DNA from: an uncultured Gammaproteobacteria bacterium
GTDB taxonomy: Bacteria > Patescibacteriota > Microgenomatia > Levybacterales > UBA12049
Length of the DNA: 64,000 nt
Assembly: GCA_964503265.1 (NCBI GenBank)
Contig: CAZCYO010000003.1
Coordinates: forward strand, 155,575-219,574
Reading direction: 5' to 3'
Every line of letters starts with the position of its first letter. Position 1 is the first letter of the stretch. Of the stretch, positions 9,231-17,662 are shown one piece after another. The notes under the pieces are model-generated. The model was given only the letters and a program-made list of their open reading frames with translations, was not told the origin of the DNA and made no database searches. A program made the position numbers and the translations under genes.

Positions 9231-9827
9231 ATGTATCTGAAAGTTTTACGGTGTATTATACTTTTGTTTGTCTTAGGGCTTGTTATGAATCGTTTTTTTG
9301 TCGTGAATTCTGTTTTCGCAGATGAGCCATATAAAAGTTCAATGGAATGGTTATCTCTTCAGTCTAAAGAGACTCCTGTAGGTGAACAGGTAACTTCAGA
9401 TATTCCTGATATATACACAGCACCTGCGCCAAGTTTTCTTGAAATCCCAGAGCTTACGCAACTATTTTTTGCATATCCGCTCTCAAGTAAGCCTGTTGTT
9501 ACGACAGTTTTTTCGCTTCTGCATCCAGGTGTTGATTTTGCAGTGCCAGAGGGGACCTCGATTGTTGCTGCCGAAACAGGACTAGTAACTACAGCGGGAT
9601 GGGATACTACCGGGTATGGGCAAACTGTTATATTGCATCAATCAAAGGATACATATACGAGGTACGCACACTTGTCGAAGATTGACGTAAGCGTAGGTCA
9701 ATATATTATAAAAGGAATGCCCATTGGATTAGTTGGATCGACTGGACGATCGACTGGCCCTCATTTACATTTTGAGATTCGTATGGGAGATCACTTTGTC
9801 GATCCACTTTCTCTTGTAACATTCTGA
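9231..9827 (+). CDS. M23-family metallopeptidase (LytM domain) with signal peptide
   Basis: HPGVDFAVPEGTSIVAA...GYGQTVILHQSKDTYTRYAHLS...GLVGSTGRSTGPHLHFEIR carries the HxxxD and HxH zinc-site motifs of M23. Confidence 0.9.
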   Translation: MYLKVLRCIILLFVLGLVMNRFFVVNSVFADEPYKSSMEWLSLQSKETPVGEQVTSDIPDIYTAPAPSFLEIPELTQLFFAYPLSSKPVVTTVFSLLHPGVDFAVPEGTSIVAAETGLVTTAGWDTTGYGQTVILHQSKDTYTRYAHLSKIDVSVGQYIIKGMPIGLVGSTGRSTGPHLHFEIRMGDHFVDPLSLVTF

Positions 9828-9844
9828 TTTTTTGAGAAACAGTA

Positions 9845-10024
9845 TTATTTTTTGTTATTCGTGAAAGAATGATTTTCTATAGTGAGCCCCTTTTTTTGAA
9901 TATCTGCAATTACTCCGATCAAGCTGATATCGAGAATAATAGCACAGCAAATCAGTATAGAAATAGTTTTATGGTGTAAGATTAATGTTTTTAATTCATG
10001 AAAAACATATTTTACCTGTTTCAT
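9845..10024 (-). CDS. Possible small membrane protein (59 aa); may be spurious
   Basis: Only an ORF in a 230-bp gap between plus-strand genes. It contains a hydrophobic stretch TISILICCAIILDISLIGVIA. It was trimmed to the internal Met so that it does not overlap the start of the downstream gene. Confidence 0.2.
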   Translation of the reverse strand: MKQVKYVFHELKTLILHHKTISILICCAIILDISLIGVIADIQKKGLTIENHSFTNNKK

Positions 10025-10058
10025 AGTTTTATAATACCAGATATAATAGATACTACCT

Positions 10059-10583
10059 ATGGATAAAGAAGAAAAAGAATTGTGTCCCAAGTGCAACTCA
10101 CCACTTAATGAAATTACGACAACCGCAACTGGTCGTAAGCTTCAGCGATGCTCAAATGGTCAGTGGGATGTCGCGACGCGAACATCTGTCGGTTGTGATT
10201 ATGTAAAGTGGCTTGAGATTGAACCAGAGACACTTGATGAAAAATGCCCGAAATGTGGTGAACCACTTCTTCTTGCAACGACCAGAACCGGTAAGAAGAT
10301 GAAGAAGTGTAGCACCGGTGGGTGGGATAAAGAAACGAAAAAGGCTACAGGATGCGATTATATTGAATGGATAAATGGAACGAGTGAGAAGCTTGGAGAG
10401 AAGTGCCCTCAATGTGATGCTGAGTTAGTACTTTTTACGACTGCTTCTGGAAAAAGAATGAAGAAATGTAGTACAGCTGGATGGGATAAAGAGAAAAGAG
10501 TCGCTACAGGATGTACATATGTCCAATGGCTCAAACCAGGTGAATACGAAAAAAGCCCTCAATCAGAAGACATGCCTTTCTAA
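10059..10583 (+). CDS. Protein with three tandem topoisomerase-type C4 zinc ribbons
   Basis: Three ~55-aa repeats, each of the form CP(K/Q)C...(L)...T..GKKMKKCS(T/N)GGWDKETKKATGC(D/T)Y(I/V)(E/K/Q)W. There are four Cys per repeat, arranged like the Topo I/III C-terminal zinc ribbons. Confidence 0.65.
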   Translation: MDKEEKELCPKCNSPLNEITTTATGRKLQRCSNGQWDVATRTSVGCDYVKWLEIEPETLDEKCPKCGEPLLLATTRTGKKMKKCSTGGWDKETKKATGCDYIEWINGTSEKLGEKCPQCDAELVLFTTASGKRMKKCSTAGWDKEKRVATGCTYVQWLKPGEYEKSPQSEDMPF

Positions 10584-10668
10584 TCCCCAGGATTTCTTAT
10601 TAGGTTTTAATAAGCGTAAGTAACCCTATTTTTATTAATAACTATGTTTATTCTCTGAAGAGATTTGC

Positions 10669-11136
10669 CTATTTAATACTAAGGAGTTCGACCTCAAATA
10701 TAAGAGTAGAGTTTGGTGGAATTGAATCTCCGGCACCTGCTGGTCCGTATCCAAGTGATGGTGGGACTGTTAGTTTCCTTTTTCCTCCGACTTTCATACC
10801 GACAATACCTTCATCCCAACCTTTGATAACTGCTCCAACACCGATTTTAGTTTCAAACGGTGTGCCTCGATCATACGAACTATCAAATTGTTTCCCGTTT
10901 GTGAGTGTTCCTTTATAATTAACACTTACTGTATCACCTGGTTTTACTTCTTTTCCTTCTCCAACTTTCAGATCTTCCATTTTAACTTTCTCAGAAGCGG
11001 TGGGTGATGTTGCAGCAGCTGTTTTTTCAGCATTTGATGGTACGTAGCCAAAAAAGGAATTAATAATAAGACCACTTATGACAATAATGCCGATGATAAA
11101 TAATCCGAGAATTATATTTTTCATATGGACTATCAT
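10669..11136 (-). CDS. FKBP-type peptidyl-prolyl cis-trans isomerase, membrane-anchored
   Basis: [65 protein letters not shown] is the canonical FKBP domain. There is an N-terminal TM helix. Confidence 0.9.
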   Translation of the reverse strand: MIVHMKNIILGLFIIGIIVISGLIINSFFGYVPSNAEKTAAATSPTASEKVKMEDLKVGEGKEVKPGDTVSVNYKGTLTNGKQFDSSYDRGTPFETKIGVGAVIKGWDEGIVGMKVGGKRKLTVPPSLGYGPAGAGDSIPPNSTLIFEVELLSIK

Positions 11137-11187
11137 ACACTACTTTTTTGATTTGTAAAATAATCAATTTTTGTTATACTGCCTTAT

Positions 11188-11640
11188 ATGAAAGCTCCAA
11201 TGTTTACTCTTCCAGATTTTATGGGTACTACTCATTCACTTGAAGATTTTAAAGGGAAATGGGTCGTACTCTATTTTTACCCAAAAGATAACACACCAGG
11301 CTGTACGAAGGAGGCGTGTGGATTTCGAGATAGTGCTCCCCAGTTTGCGGCCAAAAATGCAGTGATACTTGGTGTGTCGAAAGATTCTGTAAATTCACAT
11401 AAGAAATTTTCAGATAAATTTTCTCTTTCCTTTCCACTCTTAAGTGATGAAAGTCTAGAAACGATAAAAGCGTATCGAGCGTGGGGTAAAAAGAAGTTCA
11501 TGGGAAAAGAGTTTAATGGAATAATTCGTTCGACTGTGCTTATTAATCCGAGTGGGGAGATCGTAAAACGGTATGAAAAAGTAGACCCAATTCTTCATGC
11601 AGCAGAAATTCTTCAGGATTTAGACGCACTCTCCAAATAA
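11188..11640 (+). CDS. bcp: Thioredoxin-dependent thiol peroxidase (peroxiredoxin Bcp)
   Basis: YFYPKDNTPGCTKEACGFRD contains the peroxidatic and resolving Cys arrangement of Bcp/PrxQ. Confidence 0.9.
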   Translation: MKAPMFTLPDFMGTTHSLEDFKGKWVVLYFYPKDNTPGCTKEACGFRDSAPQFAAKNAVILGVSKDSVNSHKKFSDKFSLSFPLLSDESLETIKAYRAWGKKKFMGKEFNGIIRSTVLINPSGEIVKRYEKVDPILHAAEILQDLDALSK

Positions 11641-12590
11641 TCTTTTACTACTGTTTGTAACTCAGAGAAGTTAGTTGTCGTCATCAGCTTCATTCGAAGT
11701 TCAGTGGCTGCTTCAAAGCTATGGACGTATGTTTTTACAAATTTTCTCATGATCACAAAGTGTTTTGTTTTTCCCCAGGTTTTTTCAAAAAGTGATGCAT
11801 GTGTGAGGAGCATTTTGAGGCGATCACTACTTGTGGCCTCAAATTCCTCACCAAAAAGCCAGGCGTTTTGAAAGATACCTCGCCCAATCATAACGCCATC
11901 TACACCATATGTGTTTACTTTCTCATGCCCCTCAACCTTTGTTTTTACATCTCCGTTACCGATAATGACTGTATTCTTTTGTAATGCATCTCGAAGTTTT
12001 ACTACTTTTCCGATTTCGTCCCAATGAGCATCTACAGCCGATTCTTCTTTGGCTGTTCGGCCATGAATGGTTAATGCGTCTAAATTATGCTCAAGTAAAA
12101 AAGATGCCCATTCTTCTGTCTTTATTTCACTAAAGCCGATTCGAGTCTTCACACTGACTGGCATCTCTCCAGCTTCACTTTTAACTGCGTTAATAATCTC
12201 ACTAGCAAGTGGGGGGTTCTTTATGAGGCCTGCACAACTGCCACGTTTTACAATACTTTTTTCAGGACATCCCATGTTAATATCCACACCATCAAATCCC
12301 ATTTCTCTGATAATTTTTGTTGTTTGTTTATAGTGCTCGGGGTTTGTTCCCCAGATCTGTGCGATAAGAGGTCGTTCATTTTCTGTAAATTGAAGTTTTT
12401 TCTCAACTCGACTTCGTCCAGCTGAACACATTCCATCAGTGTTGGTAAACTCAGTAAAAAATACATCAGGTTTTCCCGTCTCAGCCACAATTTGTCGAAA
12501 AACAGAATCTGTTACATCATCCATTGGTGCTAACACAAAGAAAGGTTTCGGAAGGTCTTGCCAAAAAGTTTTCATAGATGGATTATACAA
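11613..12590 (-). CDS. dus: tRNA-dihydrouridine synthase
   Basis: FVLAPMDDVTDSVFRQI, FTEFTNTDG and GVDINMGCP are Dus-family FMN/TIM-barrel motifs. Confidence 0.9.
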   Translation of the reverse strand: MYNPSMKTFWQDLPKPFFVLAPMDDVTDSVFRQIVAETGKPDVFFTEFTNTDGMCSAGRSRVEKKLQFTENERPLIAQIWGTNPEHYKQTTKIIREMGFDGVDINMGCPEKSIVKRGSCAGLIKNPPLASEIINAVKSEAGEMPVSVKTRIGFSEIKTEEWASFLLEHNLDALTIHGRTAKEESAVDAHWDEIGKVVKLRDALQKNTVIIGNGDVKTKVEGHEKVNTYGVDGVMIGRGIFQNAWLFGEEFEATSSDRLKMLLTHASLFEKTWGKTKHFVIMRKFVKTYVHSFEAATELRMKLMTTTNFSELQTVVKDYLESASKS

Positions 12591-12611
12591 GATTTGAGGC
12601 TAATAGAGAAA

Positions 12612-12974
12612 TTAATACTCTGTATATTTCTTATGAGAGTTTTTCGCTTTTTCAATGGGATATTTTTTCTCATTTTGTTCAAGCTTTTTATCAAAGGCTT
12701 TTGCAATATCGATCTCTAAGTCGTGACACATAAGGAGTACCCAATACAAAGTATCAATAAGTTCCTCTCCGACCTCTTCCTTTTTCGTTTTAATGTGCTC
12801 CTTCATCTCTTGCTCATTTTTCCATAAGAAATGTTCAAGTACTTCATTTGCCTCCATCACTAGTGCAATAGATAAATCTTTCGGGTTATGAAACTGTTTC
12901 CAGTTTCGTGCATCACGAAATGCAATAACTTTTTTTTGGAATTCTTCTATTGTTGTCGAGGATTGCTTTTTCAT
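12612..12974 (-). CDS. MazG-like nucleotide pyrophosphohydrolase (small all-alpha NTP-PPase)
   Basis: EEFQKKVIAFRDARNWKQFHNPKDLSIALVMEANEVLEHFLWK...EEVGEELIDTLYWVLLMCHDLEIDI is the MazG/EE(x)2E-type motif. The start is trimmed to the ATG at 12974. The upstream 63 nt of the listed ORF are the tRNA-Pro gene. Confidence 0.75.
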   Translation of the reverse strand: MKKQSSTTIEEFQKKVIAFRDARNWKQFHNPKDLSIALVMEANEVLEHFLWKNEQEMKEHIKTKKEEVGEELIDTLYWVLLMCHDLEIDIAKAFDKKLEQNEKKYPIEKAKNSHKKYTEY

Positions 12975-12977
12975 TTT

Positions 12978-13051
12978 TGGTCGGGGTGCCGCGAATCGGA
13001 CGCGGACTACTGCACCCCCAGCGCAGCGTACTACCACTATACTACACCCCG
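12978..13051 (-). tRNA. tRNA-Pro (anticodon GGG)
   Basis: A GC-rich island in AT-rich DNA. The minus-strand RNA is CGGGGTG-TA-GTAT-AGTGGTA-GTAC-G-CTGCG-CTGGGGG-TGCAG-TAGT-CCGCG-TCCGATT-CGCGG-CACCCCG-A-CCA. It has a 7-bp acceptor stem, a D-arm with GG, a 5-bp anticodon stem, U33-GGG-G37, a perfect 5-bp T stem and an encoded CCA. The T loop is non-canonical (TCCGATT). Confidence 0.75.
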
Positions 13052-13225
13052 GAAAGAAAGTTAGAAGTTAAAAGTGAAAAGTTAAATAGAGAATAAAACT
13101 TTTATTTTTAACTTGTATTTTTGCATTTTACCTTTTTATTTTTGACTTATCAAGAATAACCTATATTGCTGCAGATTGACCTATTGTATTTTTTCAGTAT
13201 CTTTAATATAGTTAGTGCAATTCAT

Positions 13226-14341
13226 ATGGCAAAATCCTCTACTAATCAAAAAGTCATGGGTTCGACTCCAGACAGCGATGCAGACAAAAAACACGAAGCG
13301 ATAAGACTCGCAATGGATTCTATTGAAAAACAATATGGTCGTGGTTCCATCATGCGTTTTGGTGAAGCTGCTCAAAAATTAGATATTTCAGTTATCTCGA
13401 CAGGATGCCTTCCTCTTGATATCGCCCTTGGAGTCGGCGGACTCCCACGCGGAAGAATCATTGAAATTTATGGCCCAGAGTCTAGTGGAAAAACAACTGT
13501 ATGTTTATCCACTATCGCTCAAGCACAAAAGCATGGTGGAATTGCAGCATTTATTGATGCAGAGCATGCACTAGATCCGATTTGGGCAGAACGACTTGGT
13601 GTAAAACTTGATGATTTGCTTATTTCTCAGCCAGATACAGGTGAGCAAGCGCTTGAGATTACTGAGAGTCTTGTTCGTTCTGGTGCGGTTGACGTATTAG
13701 TGATTGATTCTGTTGCTGCACTTGTTCCACGAGCTGAAATAGAAGGGGATATGGGAGATTCTGTGATGGGACTTCAAGCGCGTCTTATGTCTCAAGCACT
13801 TCGAAAACTAACTGGTGTTATCTCAAAATCTAAAACTGTTGTTATCTTTACTAACCAGTTACGACAAAAGATTGGGGTTATGTTTGGAAATCCTGAAACG
13901 ACTACTGGAGGACTTGCGCTTAAATTCTATGCGTCAATCCGAATGGATATTCGAAAAATCGAAACAATTAAAGATGGCGATAAACCAATAGGATCTCGTC
14001 ATCGCGTGAAAGTAGTTAAAAATAAAGTTTCAACTCCTTTTCGGCTTGCTGAATTTGATGTGATGGGTACAGGTATTTCACGAGAAGGTGGAATTATGGA
14101 TGTGGGCGTTGAGATGGAAATCATTCAAAAGTCCGGAGCTTTCTACCGATATAATGATCAAATGATTGGCCAAGGGAAAGTAGCAGCACAGGAGTTCTTA
14201 AAAGAAAATCCAGATATTGCAAAAAAGATGGTTGCTGAAATTATGGCAAAGAATAAAGAAGGTGGAATGCCCCTTGCTGTCGGAATTGAAGAAAGTGATG
14301 ATACTAATTCTGAAAATGGTGTCGATGCACTGGTCGGGTAG
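13226..14341 (+). CDS. recA: Recombinase RecA
   Basis: [18 protein letters not shown], Walker [13 protein letters not shown], the L1/L2 regions and the whole length are typical RecA. The start is set at MAKSS (13226) rather than the ORF-track 13166, because the first 20 codons are hydrophobic and non-RecA-like. Confidence 0.9.
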   Translation: MAKSSTNQKVMGSTPDSDADKKHEAIRLAMDSIEKQYGRGSIMRFGEAAQKLDISVISTGCLPLDIALGVGGLPRGRIIEIYGPESSGKTTVCLSTIAQAQKHGGIAAFIDAEHALDPIWAERLGVKLDDLLISQPDTGEQALEITESLVRSGAVDVLVIDSVAALVPRAEIEGDMGDSVMGLQARLMSQALRKLTGVISKSKTVVIFTNQLRQKIGVMFGNPETTTGGLALKFYASIRMDIRKIETIKDGDKPIGSRHRVKVVKNKVSTPFRLAEFDVMGTGISREGGIMDVGVEMEIIQKSGAFYRYNDQMIGQGKVAAQEFLKENPDIAKKMVAEIMAKNKEGGMPLAVGIEESDDTNSENGVDALVG

Positions 14342-14346
14342 TCTGC

Positions 14347-14856
14347 ATGGACGAATTTGATCGATATTACCGTAAAGCAATTAACTTCTTATCCTATCGC
14401 GCTCGCTCCATAAAAGAAGTACAAGAGAACCTCGAAAAAACTCTCCAGAAAAGAAAACTTCCCGTAGAGAGTACTGAAGATCACAAGAAAATCATTCTCG
14501 AAGTCATTGATAAGCTTATTATTCAAAAATTTCTTGACGACACGCAGTTTGCTTTGTGGTGGATTGAACAACGTGCGCGAAATAAGCCGAAAAGTAAAAT
14601 GGTTTTGAGAATGGAATTAAAACAAAAAGGTGTTTCGCAAGAAATTATTACAGCAGCTCTCTCAAATGAGGAATTAGAAGCTGTTATTGATGATCTTAGT
14701 CAAGCTCGAAAACTGGTTGAAAAAAAAATCGAACGGTATAAAGACTTACCGAGAAATGATATTTATAAAAAACTCGGAGGGTATTTAGGACGTCGTGGAT
14801 TCTCTTGGGAGGTCATTAAGCGCAGCATTGACGAAAATTTAGCTAATAGAGTATAA
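14347..14856 (+). CDS. recX: RecA regulator RecX
   Basis: A 169-aa helical-repeat protein sitting 5 bp after recA. AINFLSYRARSIKEVQENL...FLDDTQFALWWIEQRA is RecX-like. Confidence 0.8.
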   Translation: MDEFDRYYRKAINFLSYRARSIKEVQENLEKTLQKRKLPVESTEDHKKIILEVIDKLIIQKFLDDTQFALWWIEQRARNKPKSKMVLRMELKQKGVSQEIITAALSNEELEAVIDDLSQARKLVEKKIERYKDLPRNDIYKKLGGYLGRRGFSWEVIKRSIDENLANRV

Positions 14857-14977
14857 TATACCTATAGCAAATAGAGATTGCTGATGTGTACTATGGATAA
14901 AACATTCCAAACAATTTTCGTCCACACATCACCAGTTACTGTATAACTGGGTATCTTCTATTGCTTCTTTTACATAT

Positions 14978-16249
14978 ATGGCTGATATTAATCAAAACGA
15001 TTTACTACAACTTGAAAAAAAACTTCTTGAACGACAAGAAAAACTCGATGCTAAAGCAGATGAGGTTTCTCGTATTGAAGAAGAAGTAAAGAAAGCACGT
15101 GAGCAATATACAAAAAAACTCGAACAAATTTCAGGGATAACTACTGAAGAAGCAAAGAAATCACTCCTTCTAGAAACAGAAAAAGATGCATCTCATATGG
15201 TAGCGCGAATTATTAAAGAAAAGGAAGAAGAAGCAAAACGTTCAGGTGATAAGAAAGCACAGGAAATTATTCTTGAAAGTATTAGACATGGTGCTCTTAA
15301 TTACATTCCTGAATATACTGTCTCAATTGTTAAAGTAGCAGAGGAGGAAATGAAAGGAAGAATCATTGGGAAAGAAGGAAGAAATATCCGTGCTTTTGAA
15401 CAGGCGACTGGGGTTGACGTAGATCTCGATGAAGAAGGAGTTATTAGACTTTCATCATTTGACTCTATTAGACGAGAAATTGCTCGACGAGCTCTTGAGA
15501 AACTACTCAAAGATAGTAGAATCCAACCTTTTAGAATTGAAGAGGTTGTAAAGCAAACTCAAGAAGAGCTTGATAAATTCATGTTTGAAGAAGGAGAGAA
15601 AATTGCGATTGAAGTGAGTGTGTATAACCTCCCAGCAGATCTTTATACCTTTCTAGGAAGATTTAAATTTAGAACATCATATGGCCAGAACTTAGTCGTT
15701 CATTCACTAGAAGTCGCAAAGATTGGTATTCATATTGCTGAGGAAATGGGTGCAGATGTTAATATCGTTCGACTCGGTGCACTCTTCCATGACATCGGAA
15801 AAGTAGTTGAAGGTGAAGGAAGCCACGTTAAGCTTGGAGTCGACCTCTTAAAGCGGTACAACCTCCCAGAGGCGGTCATTAACTGTGTAGCAGAACATCA
15901 TGAAGATAAGCCATTCTCAAGTGTTGAATCAGTAATTGTTCATGTTGCTGATGCGATTTCTGCTGCACGACCTGGTGCACGATATACAGATATTGAAAAT
16001 TATGCAAAACGCTTAAATGAAATGGAAGCAATTGCTAAAAAATATGAAGGAGTGGAAGATGCGTACGCATTTGAAGCTGGACGTGAACTTCGGGTTATTA
16101 TTAACGCAGGAAGACTTGACGATAGTCAGACAATTATTCTTTCAAAGAAAATCCAAGAAGAAGTAAGTAGATCTCTTGCTGTTCCCGGAGAAGTTAAAGT
16201 AACTGCTATCCGTGAATTCCGCGCAGTATATCCAGAAACCTCTATTTAA
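14978..16249 (+). CDS. rny: Ribonuclease Y (KH + HD domains), without the usual N-terminal membrane anchor
   Basis: An N-terminal coiled coil, a KH domain (IIGKEGRNIRAFEQATGVDVDLDEEG) and an HD domain (HSLEVAKIGIHIAEEMGADVNIVRLGALFHDIGK). Confidence 0.9.
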   Translation: MADINQNDLLQLEKKLLERQEKLDAKADEVSRIEEEVKKAREQYTKKLEQISGITTEEAKKSLLLETEKDASHMVARIIKEKEEEAKRSGDKKAQEIILESIRHGALNYIPEYTVSIVKVAEEEMKGRIIGKEGRNIRAFEQATGVDVDLDEEGVIRLSSFDSIRREIARRALEKLLKDSRIQPFRIEEVVKQTQEELDKFMFEEGEKIAIEVSVYNLPADLYTFLGRFKFRTSYGQNLVVHSLEVAKIGIHIAEEMGADVNIVRLGALFHDIGKVVEGEGSHVKLGVDLLKRYNLPEAVINCVAEHHEDKPFSSVESVIVHVADAISAARPGARYTDIENYAKRLNEMEAIAKKYEGVEDAYAFEAGRELRVIINAGRLDDSQTIILSKKIQEEVSRSLAVPGEVKVTAIREFRAVYPETSI

Positions 16250-16451
16250 CGCTAGCTTCAAACTTCAAGAACATGTGTTGTCATTTCGAACGAATGTGAG
16301 AAATCTCATATTGTGAGATCCTCACGTCGCTTTGCTCCTCAGGATGACAGATTATTCCTTCTACTGTTGGGCTGTCTCTTGACAAAGTATTCGTTTTTCT
16401 TGTACTTTAGATCTAAATGACATATTTTATAGTGAAAGGGGGTGACTGTTT

Positions 16452-16724
16452 ATGACGAAGAAAGATCTAATTGATGTCGTCTCCAAAAAAGCAAATCTCA
16501 CTAATAAAGCCTCTCGTGATGCAGTTCAAACAGTATTTAATACTATCCGTGATTCTCTTAAAAGAGGAGAAAAAGTAGTTCTCACTGGGTTTGGAACATT
16601 TAGTATTCGAAAACGGGTGGAAAGAGTTGGGCGAAATCCAAAAACTGGAGAGCGAATAACACTTACTGCTCGTAAAGCACCAGGCTTTACACCTGGAAAG
16701 ACACTAAAAAAAGCAGTTCGGTAG
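16452..16724 (+). CDS. hup: DNA-binding protein HU
   Basis: MTKKDLIDVVSKKANLTNKASRDAVQTVFNTI...GFGTFSIRKRVERVGRNPKTGERITL is the HU/IHF fold signature. An SD GAAAGGGGGTGA lies upstream. Confidence 0.95.
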   Translation: MTKKDLIDVVSKKANLTNKASRDAVQTVFNTIRDSLKRGEKVVLTGFGTFSIRKRVERVGRNPKTGERITLTARKAPGFTPGKTLKKAVR

Positions 16725-16743
16725 TATTTTTATATTCTCAAAA

Positions 16744-16786
16744 AAGAAGTTTCGGGTGGAAAACTCCACAAGAAACTTCTTTTTTT
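16744..16786. terminator. Bidirectional intrinsic terminator between hup (+) and rnpB (-)
   Basis: A 9-bp stem AGAAGTTTC/GAAACTTCT with an inner GTGGA/TCCAC helix, followed by a T-run on the plus strand. On the minus strand the hairpin is also followed by TTTT, directly after the rnpB P1 3' strand. Confidence 0.65.
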
Positions 16787-16787
16787 G

Positions 16788-17195
16788 TATCCTCGGAAGG
16801 TAGTAAGCCAGATTCTGTTTTAGATCGCAATCTATCTTAGTGATGATTCTACATCATCTTACCCGCCTTTAGGGCGCGGTGCCTTCTTTCTTTGCTGCTT
16901 TCGTACTACGGATAATCATCCCCCTTCGCATGAATTCTTTTCAGAATCCAGCTACGGAGGGACAAGGCGCAGCGTTCGGAAGTTGCAGGAGGTGGGATTG
17001 CCCGTTTCATACCCATTCGTCTCTGTTGCTCTCAGAAAATGTCAATTCATTCTCTGCTCGTATTTTCATATATGGGAGAGAAAATACGATACCAGCTATT
17101 ACTAGTCGGAGCTTACACTCCGTCCCTGTAGTACCCCTGTCTGGACTTTCCTGTACAGTTTTTAAGGCTGCACTAGCGATCCTTCTTCCGAGGAT
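16788..17195 (-). ncRNA. rnpB: RNase P RNA (bacterial type, M1 RNA)
   Basis: The minus-strand RNA has an 11-bp P1 helix (ATCCTCGGAAG...CTTCCGAGGAT), P2 (AGGATCGC/GCGATC) and a P3 hairpin. The P4 5' strand is AGGAAAGTCCAGAC, and the P4 3' strand is ACAGAATCTGGCTTAC with the conserved bulged U. A CCAGA/TCTGG covariation replaces the E. coli CCGGG/CCCGG. A GCGGGTAAGA stretch may correspond to the GGUAAG J11/12 region (weak match). The length is ~408 nt. Confidence 0.85.
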
Positions 17196-17201
17196 GAGCG
17201 T

Positions 17202-17229
17202 ATTGTATCAAAATCAGGAAAATAAGCAA
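17202..17229 (-). promoter_or_regulatory. Sigma-70-type promoter for rnpB
   Basis: On the minus strand: TTGCTT, a 16-nt spacer, TACAAT, 6 nt, then the first P1 nucleotide. Confidence 0.5.
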
Positions 17230-17255
17230 GAAATAGAGTAATTATAGTGTTCGAT

Positions 17256-17648
17256 CTAATTTTTTGATCGTTTTAAAGCAATTGGAAAATGGATAAAAAA
17301 GAGAACAAGGCCAAGTAATGGGAATGCAATCGCATTTTTAATATCGTTTACTTTACGCTGCTTCCGCTCTATTTCTAATTGAGACAAACATACAGTTCGT
17401 TGTTTGGCAGTAACAGATGCATCTGTTACTGCTTGTTTACTGTCACTAGCTGGGAGCGGTTCAGCCATAATACAACGATCTTCGCCGTATGTTAGCGGAT
17501 ATTTATCAAATTGTGTAACGTTTAATGTAAAAGAAATAATATGAAAAACACCAATAATAAGGAGAATGAGTGCAATAATACTCACTAAATAGAAATAGAT
17601 AATACTAATTAGTTTACCATTCATGTATTTATAGTAACCCTTATACAT
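17256..17648 (-). CDS. Hypothetical membrane protein
   Basis: Two predicted TM helices flank a hydrophilic region. It is positioned immediately downstream of the helicase-nuclease gene. Confidence 0.4.
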   Translation of the reverse strand: MYKGYYKYMNGKLISIIYFYLVSIIALILLIIGVFHIISFTLNVTQFDKYPLTYGEDRCIMAEPLPASDSKQAVTDASVTAKQRTVCLSQLEIERKQRKVNDIKNAIAFPLLGLVLFFIHFPIALKRSKN

Positions 17649-17662
17649 TGTAAATTCAATGA

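Noticed and set aside
12975-13037. N-terminal 21 codons (MVVRCAGGAVVRVRFAAPRPK) of the listed 12612..13037 ORF
   Set aside because: This GC-rich stretch folds as tRNA-Pro. The real CDS starts at the ATG at 12974.
13166-13225. First 20 codons ([20 protein letters not shown]) of the recA ORF
   Set aside because: This is hydrophobic, non-RecA sequence. RecA proteins begin about 30 residues before the QIEKQFG motif, so MAKSS at 13226 is the likely start.
16879-17241. 120-aa plus-strand ORF
   Set aside because: It lies entirely within and antisense to the RNase P RNA gene. It has odd composition and no start context, so it is treated as an artefact.
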